32,000 nt of DNA, taken from positions 4,770,001-4,802,000 of the forward strand of contig OY969938.1 of the NCBI GenBank assembly GCA_963704755.1, read 5' to 3'. Source of the stretch: an uncultured Chloroflexia bacterium (lineage in GTDB: Bacteria > Chloroflexota > Anaerolineae > Anaerolineales > Anaerolineaceae). The position numbers and the translations under genes are program-made. Below are positions 24,171 through 32,000 of the stretch, in pieces. The notes below the pieces were generated by a model, which did no database searches, had not been told where the DNA came from, and saw only the letters and a list, made by a program, of their open reading frames with translations. Numbering within the stretch: position 1 is the first letter of the stretch; every line of letters starts with the position of its first letter.

Positions 24171-26765
24171 TTATTTTTTCCCTTTTCCGTCTGTTTCGGC
24201 CTTGTGGATGTACTTGTTCTGCCACTCGTAGAGTTTGTTTAGCGCTTCGATGGGGGAGAGCGCGTTGATGTCGATTTCTTTCAATTCGTCCACCATCGGG
24301 TTCGTTTCCGGGAAGAGCGTCATCTGCTCGGGCAGGTTGGGGTCGATATGGACCGCCTTGCCAGAGCTGGCCTCGAGCTGCTGCAGGATTTCGCTGGCGC
24401 GCTGGACGACCGGGCGGGGCAAGCCGGCCAACTGGGCCACGTGGATGCCATACGAGCGGTCCGCGCCGCCCGGGACGATCTTATGTAAAAAGACCACCTG
24501 GCCGTCGGCCTCGCTGACGGCGACATTGTAATTGCGCACACCCGGCAGCAAATCGCTGAGCTGGGTTAGCTCGTGGTAATGGGTGGCGAAGAGGGTACGG
24601 GCGCGCAGTTTGGGGTGGTTGTGAATGAATTCGACTACTGCCCAGGCGATGGAAAGACCGTCGTAAGTGCTCGTCCCGCGGCCGATTTCGTCCAGGATCA
24701 ACAGGCTGCGGCGGGTGGCGTTGTTGAGGATGTTGGCGGTCTCGATCATTTCCACCATAAAAGTGGACTGACCCGCGTGGATCTCATCCTGGGCGCCAAT
24801 GCGGGTAAAAATGCGGTCAACCAGGCCGATCGTCGCGGAGGCGGCCGGGACGTAACTACCGATCTGAGCCATCAGCACGATCAACGCGACCTGGCGCAGG
24901 AAAGTGCTCTTGCCGCTCATGTTCGGGCCGGTGATAATGCGTACGTTTTCCCCGCCTTCGAAGACGGCATCGTTGGGGACGAAGCGCTCTCCGCGCAGGC
25001 TATGCTCGACCACCGGGTGGCGGCCATCGTGGATTTCCAGGCGCTGGTCGTCGCTCAATTCCGGCCGGGTGTAACCGCCCAGGGCAGCCGATTCGGCCAG
25101 CGAGGCCAGGGTATCCAGGGCAGCCAGGCTGTGGGAGGTTTCCAACAGTTCGGCTGCCGAGGCTGCGATGGTACGGCAGACCTCTTTGAAGATACGCGCT
25201 TCGATCTCGCGGATGCGATCTTCGGCGTTGAGCACCAGGGTTTCGTATTCTTTCATCTCTGGGGTGATAAAGCGCTCGGCATTGACAAGGGTCTGTTTGC
25301 GAATATATTCGGCCGGGGCTTGATTGGCTGCACCGCGTGAAATTTCGATGTAATAGCCAAAGACTTTGTTGTAACCAACCTTGAGGGTTTTGATGCCCGT
25401 GCGGGCGCGTTCGCTATCTTCCAGGTTGGAAATCCATTCACGGGCATGCCGTGAGGAGTCCAAAATCTGGTCCAATTCGGCCGAATAGCCCGGGCGGATG
25501 ACTCCTGAGTTTTGCAGGGTGGCCGGGGGTTCGTCGTTGATCGCCGCTTCCAACAGGGCTAAATCCTGGTCACAAGGGTGCAGTTTGTCCATAATCGGCT
25601 GCAAAGCAGACGAACTGGCCTTGAATAACGCCCGGATCTCCGGCAAATCGGCCAATGTGCTGCGCATAGCCACAAGATCGCGCGGATTGGCGTGGCCGGA
25701 GATGATCCGGTTGGTCAGGCGTTCCAGGTCGTTCAACGGGTGCAATGCGGCCCGCAGTTCGGAGCGCAGCAGCCCCTGTTCCAGCAGCGCGGCAACTCCT
25801 TCCTGGCGTTCGTGGATGGCGTCCAGATCGAGCAGGGGTTTGCTGACCCATTGGCGGATCAGGCGTTTGCCCATGGGGGTAACGGTGTAATCCAGGATGC
25901 TCAAGAGCGAGCCCTGCACTTCGCCGCTGCGGATAGTTTCGGTCAATTCCAGGTTGCGGCGGGTGGACGCGTCCAGGACCATGAATTCGTCCAGCGAATA
26001 GGTCGCCAGGCCGGTCAGCAGGGTCAGCGCAGCGGGTTGGGTCTCCTGCAAGTACTGCAAGATCGCCCCGGCCGAGCGGATTGCCAGGGGCTTATTGCGC
26101 AGCCCGTAGCCATCCAATGAACTGACCGAGAATTGTTTCATCAAGGCTTCCTGGCAGCGGGCGGGTTCGAAACGCCAGGCCGGCCAGGTAGTAATGGTCC
26201 CGGGCAGGTTATTGGATAATTCCAGCCCATCCGGCAGGATCGTCTCGGCCGGCCGCAGGCGGATCAATTCGGCCCGGAGACTGTTCTGCACGTCTTCACT
26301 TGAAAATTCGGTGGTGTAAAACTCGCCGGTAGTGATATCGGCGTAGGTGATGCCGGCCTGGTCGTCCTGAAAGACTACCGCGGCCAGGTAATTGTTTTGG
26401 TCTCCCTTTAGCAAGGAGGGTTCGAAGATCGTCCCCGGCGTAACCACCCGCACCACCTCGCGGGGGAACAGCCCGCGGGAAGGCTGGTCACCGATTTGCT
26501 CGCAAATGGCAACGTGGTAGCCCTTGTCAATCAGGCGGGCCAGGTAATTCTCTACCGCGTGGTAAGGAATGCCGGCCATGGGGATACGCATCCCCTTGGC
26601 TACGTTGCGCGAGGTTAATACGATGTCCAGTTCACGGGAGGCGGTTTCGGCGTCCTGGTCGAAGGTTTCGTAAAAATCCCCCAGGCGAAAAAACAGGATA
26701 GCGTTGGGGTACTGGCGTTTGATTTCCAGGTATTGTTGGCGGATGGGCGTGACGTCTTCGGGCAT
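24171..26765 (-). CDS. mutS: DNA mismatch repair protein MutS
   Basis: 864 aa. N-terminus [30 protein letters not shown], Walker [10 protein letters not shown], and [12 protein letters not shown]. Confidence 0.97.
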   Translation of the reverse strand: MPEDVTPIRQQYLEIKRQYPNAILFFRLGDFYETFDQDAETASRELDIVLTSRNVAKGMRIPMAGIPYHAVENYLARLIDKGYHVAICEQIGDQPSRGLFPREVVRVVTPGTIFEPSLLKGDQNNYLAAVVFQDDQAGITYADITTGEFYTTEFSSEDVQNSLRAELIRLRPAETILPDGLELSNNLPGTITTWPAWRFEPARCQEALMKQFSVSSLDGYGLRNKPLAIRSAGAILQYLQETQPAALTLLTGLATYSLDEFMVLDASTRRNLELTETIRSGEVQGSLLSILDYTVTPMGKRLIRQWVSKPLLDLDAIHERQEGVAALLEQGLLRSELRAALHPLNDLERLTNRIISGHANPRDLVAMRSTLADLPEIRALFKASSSALQPIMDKLHPCDQDLALLEAAINDEPPATLQNSGVIRPGYSAELDQILDSSRHAREWISNLEDSERARTGIKTLKVGYNKVFGYYIEISRGAANQAPAEYIRKQTLVNAERFITPEMKEYETLVLNAEDRIREIEARIFKEVCRTIAASAAELLETSHSLAALDTLASLAESAALGGYTRPELSDDQRLEIHDGRHPVVEHSLRGERFVPNDAVFEGGENVRIITGPNMSGKSTFLRQVALIVLMAQIGSYVPAASATIGLVDRIFTRIGAQDEIHAGQSTFMVEMIETANILNNATRRSLLILDEIGRGTSTYDGLSIAWAVVEFIHNHPKLRARTLFATHYHELTQLSDLLPGVRNYNVAVSEADGQVVFLHKIVPGGADRSYGIHVAQLAGLPRPVVQRASEILQQLEASSGKAVHIDPNLPEQMTLFPETNPMVDELKEIDINALSPIEALNKLYEWQNKYIHKAETDGKGKK

Positions 26766-26811
26766 GCAGTCATTCTACGTTGAGCGCCTCAATTGGGCAA
26801 GGTTAAAAGTT

Positions 26812-26868
26812 CCCGAATTTGAAGTGTTTGCGGGCTGCTTGCGCCTCCGTAAACACCTCAAATTCGGG
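26812..26868. repeat. Long imperfect hairpin (22-position stem) just upstream of the mutS start
   Basis: cccgaatttgaagtgtttgcgg (26812-26833) pairs with ccgtaaacacctcaaattcggg (26847-26868). 20 positions are Watson-Crick, one is G:T and one is A:C. The loop is 13 nt. Confidence 0.6.
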
Positions 26869-27015
26869 GTCTTCTCGCGAGAGCCCGGATAGTTAAAAAA
26901 AACTACAGCAGAAATTGCCTTCGGAAAATCAGGATGATGCGAATACCCTGGTATGGCTTTCTCAGGGCGATTGCAGCCTGCCTGCTTTTCCGAAGGCAAT
27001 TCCCCAAAGAATGGG

Positions 27016-27062
27016 TTTTTGAGTGTTATTGTGGGGCGTAGCCCCACAATAACACTCAAAAA
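27016..27062 (+). repeat. 22-bp perfect hairpin with GCGTAGC apex
   Basis: tttttgagtgttattgtggggc (27016-27037), loop GTA, then the perfect complement (27041-27062). The left arm is preceded by GGG, so it reads GGGT plus a T-rich arm like the cores of the 110-nt elements. The GTAAC/GTTAC ends are absent. Confidence 0.7.
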
Positions 27063-27118
27063 TATCTCTCTGTTGGGCTTAAATTGGCATGATGCGATTG
27101 CCCTGATAGCTTTCTCAT

Positions 27119-27290
27119 GTTCACATGACAAAACCAGGAACTTTGTCATCGCGAGCACTGGCCGCTTTTTGCCCAAGGGGCATGCTTCTACCAGGGCGTG
27201 GCGCCTTCGGCAACACTGGCGTTGATTGCCACAGGCAGCAAAAAACGCTGTTTTCGCAGTAATAAACCTTTTCTTGAGAAAGCCAGAATT
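27119..27290. repeat. Noncoding repeat family 2, copy B
   Basis: See copy A (14098-14245). It shares the 5-prime block ttcacatgacaaaaccaggaactttgtcatcgcgag and the 3-prime 66-nt block 27225-27290. The middle part is about 20 nt longer than in copy A. Confidence 0.65.
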
Positions 27291-27432
27291 ACCCTGGCTA
27301 ACAACCCCACGGATTGGCTGAATTAAGGTTAAAATAAAAGCACCTTGTCTTCTTAAAAAATCATAACCAATCACCCTGTCCCTTGAACCGGCCTGGGCGA
27401 TCATCCGCGGCAACAAGAAAGAGGAGGTTCCC

Positions 27433-28371
27433 GTGACCGACGATCAACAAAACGATCAAAGCGAACTGGTCGGTAAAGAAATGGGTATTGGCACCTGGGC
27501 CTGGGGGGATCCGATGTTTTGGGGTTTTGGCAGGGGGTATAACCTCGAAGACGTCCACGAAGCCTATAAATTGTGCATCGATTCGGGAAAAGTGTTTTTC
27601 GATACGGCCGAAGTCTATGGCCTGGGCCGCTCAGAGAACATGATCGGGCAATTCATGCGCGAATTGCAGACGCAAGAGATTATCGCGACCAAGTTTTTTC
27701 CCTTTCCCTGGCGGCTGACGAAACAGGCCCTTTTCCGGGCGCTGCACTCAAGTTTAAAACGACTGAAAGTACAAAAGGTAGCACTTTACCAAATCCATTT
27801 CCCTGCACCGCCGGTACGGGTGGAAACCTGGATGGAATCGATGGCTGAGGCTAAAGAAAATGGTTGGATCGGTGAGATTGGGGTATCCAATTACGACCGC
27901 GACCAGTTACAGCGTGCCTACGATACCCTGGCTCGCCTGGGCATCCACCTGACCTCGAACCAGGTGGAATACAGCCTGTTGGACCGTGCGGTAGAAACGA
28001 GCGGCCTGATCCAGCATTGTAAAGACCTGGGTGTGAAGGTAATCGCCTACAGCCCGATTGCCAAAGGCGCCTTGAGCGGCAAATATACGCCCGAAAACCC
28101 GATGCCGGGTTTTCGCGAACGGCGCTACACTCCTAAAGTGTTGGAGTTTATCCAGCCCTTGATCCGCGAAATGCGTAAAATTGGCATGGACCACAGCGGG
28201 AAAGCCCCGGCGCAGGTGGCCATCAATTGGACCATTTGTAAAGGCGCAGTGCCCATCCCGGGTGTGAAAAATGCCAACCAGGCCATGCTGAACCTGGACT
28301 CATGCGGCTGGCGATTAACTGAGGCCGAGGTTGCCCGTCTGGATGAATTGAGCGCAAGCGTGCAGGCTTGA
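27433..28371 (+). CDS. Aldo/keto reductase family oxidoreductase
   Basis: 312 aa. GTG start is preceded by a strong RBS, AGAGGAGG. AKR motifs are GIGTWAWGD, FDTAEVYG and the C-terminal IPG..N segment. Confidence 0.88.
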   Translation: MTDDQQNDQSELVGKEMGIGTWAWGDPMFWGFGRGYNLEDVHEAYKLCIDSGKVFFDTAEVYGLGRSENMIGQFMRELQTQEIIATKFFPFPWRLTKQALFRALHSSLKRLKVQKVALYQIHFPAPPVRVETWMESMAEAKENGWIGEIGVSNYDRDQLQRAYDTLARLGIHLTSNQVEYSLLDRAVETSGLIQHCKDLGVKVIAYSPIAKGALSGKYTPENPMPGFRERRYTPKVLEFIQPLIREMRKIGMDHSGKAPAQVAINWTICKGAVPIPGVKNANQAMLNLDSCGWRLTEAEVARLDELSASVQA

Positions 28372-28386
28372 GGTATAATCTCGCTC

Positions 28387-28962
28387 ATGACAAAATCACA
28401 AGCCGAATTTCTCCCTTTCAACGCAATCAATGAATTTTTGCTGACAGATTACCGTTTGAATCTGATTCAGGAAGTTTTCAGTCGCCAGAAAGAGCTTGCT
28501 GACGAGCGCCAATCCGCGATCAACCGGTTGGTAAAGCGCCTGGTCAACGTACCCGGGTTTCGTAATAGTGTGCCCGCGCCGGCGCCGCTCAAGGCTCGTT
28601 CGGCGGTCAGCGCGTTCGAGCGCAATGTGGATTTTTGCGCGAATGTTTTGTCGGCCTGGTATGAACTCCACCCGGACCTGGCTGCCCGGGTGTATGAATT
28701 CCTGACCGGCCGTGGTTGGGAGCTTTTACCGGTCGAGACCGACCGGGCCAAGCTGCCTGGTTTTCTCACCCGCTGGCCGAAATCGGATTCGTTCGAGGAG
28801 TTGGACGATGCCTTTGCCAAGGCCTATCCCGACGACACCACGCACGAGTATGATCTCAACCTGATGATCACCTGGCTGTGGGGACGTCTTCCGGTCGATA
28901 TGGTTGAAACCGCTGAGCTGGATTCGGACGAAGAGGAAGACGAAGAAACCGCCGGCGAGTAA
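28387..28962 (+). CDS. Hypothetical protein with an acidic C-terminal tail
   Basis: 191 aa, starting 16 nt after the AKR stop. Composition is coding-like and I recognise no family. The tail is LDSDEEEDEETAGE. Confidence 0.55.
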   Translation: MTKSQAEFLPFNAINEFLLTDYRLNLIQEVFSRQKELADERQSAINRLVKRLVNVPGFRNSVPAPAPLKARSAVSAFERNVDFCANVLSAWYELHPDLAARVYEFLTGRGWELLPVETDRAKLPGFLTRWPKSDSFEELDDAFAKAYPDDTTHEYDLNLMITWLWGRLPVDMVETAELDSDEEEDEETAGE

Positions 28963-28972
28963 CCTGGCAATT

Positions 28973-29785
28973 TTAATCAAAATCTTCGTTCTCCTCATCG
29001 AATTCGATGGGGAGAACGGCATCAACAATATTCAAATCTTCTAACGGCTCAACCAGGATATCGGCGAAGAGGGTGGATTGATCGGCGGCTACAATGTGCC
29101 GTTTGATCAATTCCAACAAGGCCAAAAAGGTCACGACGACCTCCACGCGGGTCGCAGCGGGGCGTAATAAAGCGCGGAATGAGGTTGTTTTGACCCGCCG
29201 GAGTATTTCAAGAATGGAACTGATCCGCTCGCGAATGGTCACCCGCGGCATGCTGACCACCCGGTCCAGGGAAGTCAAGGTGGGACGGTTGAAGAAAACA
29301 CTGCGGGCCGCGTCGATCAGGTCAAATAGCGTCACGCCGCTGAGGTCCAGGTGGGGGGTGGCGACCACTTTAGCAGCCGGAGCCAGGCGTAAATAGCTAT
29401 GAAAGCCGGCTCCTTCGCGGATTTGCAGGTATCCGGCTAATTCTTTGAAGCGTTTGTATAGGATGAGCTGGCGGGCCAAAGCCTCGCCGGGATCTTCTTC
29501 TTCGGCGGCGGGGTTATCGACCACCGGGCGGGGGAGCAGAGCCGCCGATTTAATTTGCACCAGCCGGGCGGCGATCACCAAAAAGGCGGATACCTCGGCG
29601 GCATTTTGTTCTTGCAGATGGTGCAGGTACTCCAGGTACTGGTCGGTCACCTGAGCCAACGCCAGGCGGGTAATGTCCAGTTCAGCCTTCTCGATCAACT
29701 CGAGCAGCAGGTCCAACGGGCCAGCGTAGATGTCGGTTTGGACCTGGTATTGGTCGGTCTGGTGGCCAGCAACCTGGAAACTCAT
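28973..29785 (-). CDS. scpA: Segregation and condensation protein A (kleisin ScpA)
   Basis: 270 aa. The N-terminal motif [33 protein letters not shown] is typical of ScpA. Confidence 0.85.
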   Translation of the reverse strand: MSFQVAGHQTDQYQVQTDIYAGPLDLLLELIEKAELDITRLALAQVTDQYLEYLHHLQEQNAAEVSAFLVIAARLVQIKSAALLPRPVVDNPAAEEEDPGEALARQLILYKRFKELAGYLQIREGAGFHSYLRLAPAAKVVATPHLDLSGVTLFDLIDAARSVFFNRPTLTSLDRVVSMPRVTIRERISSILEILRRVKTTSFRALLRPAATRVEVVVTFLALLELIKRHIVAADQSTLFADILVEPLEDLNIVDAVLPIEFDEENEDFD

Positions 29786-29833
29786 GGGGGGGATTATAAC
29801 ACTCTGGACCGGCGAAGCCGTTATAATAGGGCC

Positions 29834-30316
29834 ATGCCAGATGAAAAATTATCTCATATTGACGAACATGGCAAAGCTCACATGGTGGACGTGGGCTTTA
29901 AGCCGGACACGGACCGGACCGCGGTTGCCCGTGGAGAAGTCCATTTGAAAGCCGAGACTGTGGCGCTCATCCGCGAGGGCCTGGCGAAAAAAGGGGACGT
30001 CTTAACGGTAGCCCAGATCGCCGGGATCCAGGCGGCTAAGCGCACGTCCGACCTGATTCCCTTGTGCCATCCCATTCCACTGAATCAGATCACCGTCGAG
30101 TTGGAATTGGACGATGCCATGCCTGGGGTAGTGATCACTGCCACACTCAAGACGAACGCCAAGACCGGCGTCGAGATGGAAGCGATGACGGCCGTTTCGG
30201 TGGCCGCCCTGACGGTGTATGACATGATCAAAGCCGTGGAGCGGACTGCCCATATCGAAAATGTGCGCCTGCTGGAAAAACACGGCGGTCGCAGCGGTGA
30301 CGTATATAACGTTTAA
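29834..30316 (+). CDS. moaC: Cyclic pyranopterin monophosphate synthase MoaC
   Basis: The start is the internal ATG at 29834 ([20 protein letters not shown]) of track ORF 29555..30316. Motifs are [16 protein letters not shown] and [20 protein letters not shown]. Confidence 0.92.
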   Translation: MPDEKLSHIDEHGKAHMVDVGFKPDTDRTAVARGEVHLKAETVALIREGLAKKGDVLTVAQIAGIQAAKRTSDLIPLCHPIPLNQITVELELDDAMPGVVITATLKTNAKTGVEMEAMTAVSVAALTVYDMIKAVERTAHIENVRLLEKHGGRSGDVYNV

Positions 30317-31029
30317 TGGCCGGTGAAATGCACATTAAAGTCTTACTCTTTGCCGATTTAAAAGAGGCTGTAGGGGCCGGGCAGCTTTCGTTGGATTTCG
30401 ACCGGGCGATATCGGTCAGCGAGCTTAAACACAACCTGGTGAGCACTTATCCCGACCTGGAAGGCCGCCTGGAGACCGTGTTGGTCTCGATCAACCAGGA
30501 ATATTCGGCCGGTGATGATCCCATCCCGGACGGGGCTGAAGTGGCTCTGTTCCCGCCGGTCAGTGGAGGCGCGGAAGGCCCGACCATCTATAAAATCACC
30601 AACGATGCCCTCGACCTGGACGACCTGGTGGACCAAATCACCCTGACCAGCAGCGGGGCCGCCTGCATTTTCAGCGGCATGGTGCGCGGCGAGACTACCC
30701 GCAAGGACCCCCACCAGACCGTTGCCCTGGATTACGAAGCCTACGTGCCCATGGCCGAGGCCAAAATGCGCCAGGTAGCGGAGGAAATCCGCGAAAGGTG
30801 GCCGGCGGTCCAGGGGATCGCCATCGTTCAGCGGATCGGTCATTTGCTGCCGCGCACACCGACCGTGCTGATTGCCTGTACCGCGGCCCACCGGGACACC
30901 GGTGTTTTTGAGGCCGCCCGTTATGGCATCGACCGGCTGAAAGAGATCGTGCCGATTTGGAAAAAGGAGATCGGCCCCAACGGTGAGGAGTGGGTCGAGG
31001 GAGGATATACCCCTCACAAGGGAGAGTGA
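30316..31029 (+). CDS. Fused molybdopterin synthase: MoaD-like sulfur carrier joined to the MoaE catalytic subunit
   Basis: The N-terminal ~85 aa form a ThiS/MoaD fold ending in PPVSGG (GG codons at 30565-30570). A MoaE domain follows directly (ACIFSGMVRGET...IVPIWKKE). The start overlaps the moaC stop (TAATG). Confidence 0.85.
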   Translation: MAGEMHIKVLLFADLKEAVGAGQLSLDFDRAISVSELKHNLVSTYPDLEGRLETVLVSINQEYSAGDDPIPDGAEVALFPPVSGGAEGPTIYKITNDALDLDDLVDQITLTSSGAACIFSGMVRGETTRKDPHQTVALDYEAYVPMAEAKMRQVAEEIRERWPAVQGIAIVQRIGHLLPRTPTVLIACTAAHRDTGVFEAARYGIDRLKEIVPIWKKEIGPNGEEWVEGGYTPHKGE

Positions 31030-31032
31030 TTT

Positions 31033-32000
31033 TTGGCCGGGGTGCGTTGCTGCCACTGCTTGAAAGCTTACCCGCAGGAGGGTATACCTTTCTGCTGCCC
31101 TGAATGCGGGGGAATCTATGATTACGACGGGCCGCCGGATTTTTTGGTCGAGAGGATCGAAGCCGGTTTGCCGGGTTTGTGGCGTTACCGGCACAGCTTT
31201 GGGCTGGATCCCACCGCGCCGGTGGTCAGCCTGGGCGAAGGAAATACACCCCTGGTTTGGCAGCCGCATGGTACCACGCAGGTGGGCCTCAAACTGGAAT
31301 CGTTGAACCCGACCGGCTCGTATAAAGACCGCGGCAGCGCCGTGCTGGCCAGTTTTTTACTCAGCCGGGGTGTAAGCGAGGCGGTCGAAGATTTATCCGG
31401 GAACGCGGGGGCCTCATTTGCTGCTTATGCCGCCCGTTCAGGTATTCACGGGCGGGTATTCGTCCCGGAGGAAGCTTCGGGTCCTAAACGGATCCAGATC
31501 GAGATGTATGGGGCCGAGTTGGTGCGGGTAGCGGGACCACGTTCGGAAGCGGCTCGGGCGGTACTCGAACAGGCCCAGAACGGCCTGCCTTATGCCAGCC
31601 ATGCTTACCTGCCTTATGGACTGGCCGGTATTGCCACCATTGCTTACGAGATCTGGGAAGACCTGGGACGGGCTGCACCGGGCAGCGTGGTAGCGCCGGT
31701 GGGTCACGGCAGCCTGTTGTTGGGCATCGTGCGCGGATTTGCCGCGCTCAAAAAGGCCGGGCTGATTGCAGAAACACCGTTCTACCTGGGCGTCCAGGCG
31801 GCAGCCTGTGACCCGGTCACGCGCGGTTTCCATTCCGGCCTGGAAGCGATGGCCTCCGCCGGTGAAGAACCCACCCTGGCGGAGGGGGTGCGCGTACGCA
31901 ACCCGGTCCGGGCCGAAGCCTTGATTCGCGAAGTCCAGGCCGGGCAAGGAGATATCATTTCTATCCCCGAGGCGAAAATCCGGCCGGCTTTCGAAGATCT
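31033..32000 (+). CDS. Threonine-synthase-like PLP-dependent enzyme with an N-terminal Cys4 zinc ribbon; 3-prime truncated by the window edge
   Basis: This ORF is not in the track because it has no stop in the window. I translated it by hand: (TTG 31033 or GTG 31042) VRCCHCLKAYPQEGIPFCCPECGG...GEGNTPLV...LESLNPTGSYKDRGSAV (PLP-lysine motif)...GNAGASFAAYAA...PVGHGSLLLG. It stays open to nt 32000. Confidence 0.8.
   Translation, partial: MAGVRCCHCLKAYPQEGIPFCCPECGGIYDYDGPPDFLVERIEAGLPGLWRYRHSFGLDPTAPVVSLGEGNTPLVWQPHGTTQVGLKLESLNPTGSYKDRGSAVLASFLLSRGVSEAVEDLSGNAGASFAAYAARSGIHGRVFVPEEASGPKRIQIEMYGAELVRVAGPRSEAARAVLEQAQNGLPYASHAYLPYGLAGIATIAYEIWEDLGRAAPGSVVAPVGHGSLLLGIVRGFAALKKAGLIAETPFYLGVQAAACDPVTRGFHSGLEAMASAGEEPTLAEGVRVRNPVRAEALIREVQAGQGDIISIPEAKIRPAFED

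Noticed and set aside
26775-27416. A 213-aa minus-strand ORF spanning the mutS-AKR intergenic region
   Set aside because: It reads straight through several perfect palindromes and repeat copies and has an implausible composition (CCRRRH, SCEHEK). Its only similarity is to the other repeat copy at the DNA level.
28963-28972. A 10-nt gap between the convergent hypothetical gene and scpA with no terminator hairpin
   Set aside because: This is noted as slightly odd. Convergent genes with overlapping 3-prime UTRs are common, and there is no structure to interpret.
31027-31044. TGA readthrough or selenocysteine fusing MoaD-MoaE to the ThrC-like ORF, which is in the same frame
   Set aside because: MoaE ends at a normal position. 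The downstream ORF starts with the usual threonine-synthase zinc-ribbon N-terminus (M/V-RCxxC) right after candidate TTG/GTG starts. I see no SECIS-like hairpin after the TGA.
1-32000. Mobile genetic elements, CRISPR arrays, toxin-antitoxin or phage-defence islands
   Set aside because: No transposase, integrase, recombinase, Cas, phage structural or known defence-domain proteins were recognised. There is no array of regularly spaced direct repeats. The only mobile-like signals are the small non-autonomous palindromic repeats reported above.

Overview
Moderately GC-rich bacterial chromosomal window with AT-rich intergenic gaps. The protein sequences suggest a Chloroflexota/Anaerolineae-like organism, but this is unverified. 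I count about 29 protein genes, mostly housekeeping.

Gene content, left to right:
- The 3-prime end of a PfaA-like PKS (KR-DH), a 4'-phosphopantetheinyl transferase, and a convergent PfaD-type enoyl reductase.
- A minus-strand run: hpt, pfkA, YgiQ radical-SAM protein, THUMP methyltransferase, pfaD.
- Cytidylate-kinase-like protein, a small protein and a second hpt.
- 2Fe-2S ferredoxin and chrA.
- An ATP-grasp (Ddl-family) gene and slyD.
- An ftsZ neighbourhood lacking ftsA/ftsQ.
- An NAD-binding epimerase-like gene, a GH57 gene, mutS, an aldo/keto reductase and scpA.
- moaC, a moaD-moaE fusion and a ThrC-like PLP enzyme that runs off the right edge.

I saw no tRNA, rRNA, CRISPR array, transposase, integrase or recognisable defence system.

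Three things stand out:
1. Two families of noncoding repeats sit in the long intergenic gaps. One is a 110-nt element bounded by GTAAC...GTTAC, with a 25-bp perfect core hairpin capped by GCGAAGC. The two full copies differ in the stem only by compensated changes. The other is a roughly 150-170 nt element present twice.
2. Six otherwise well-conserved genes are broken as given: five single-nucleotide frameshifts and one in-frame TAG. This points to assembly indel errors or real gene decay.
3. The Pfa-like secondary-lipid synthase locus has a frameshifted PPTase.

All calls rest on motif recognition by eye. No database search was possible.
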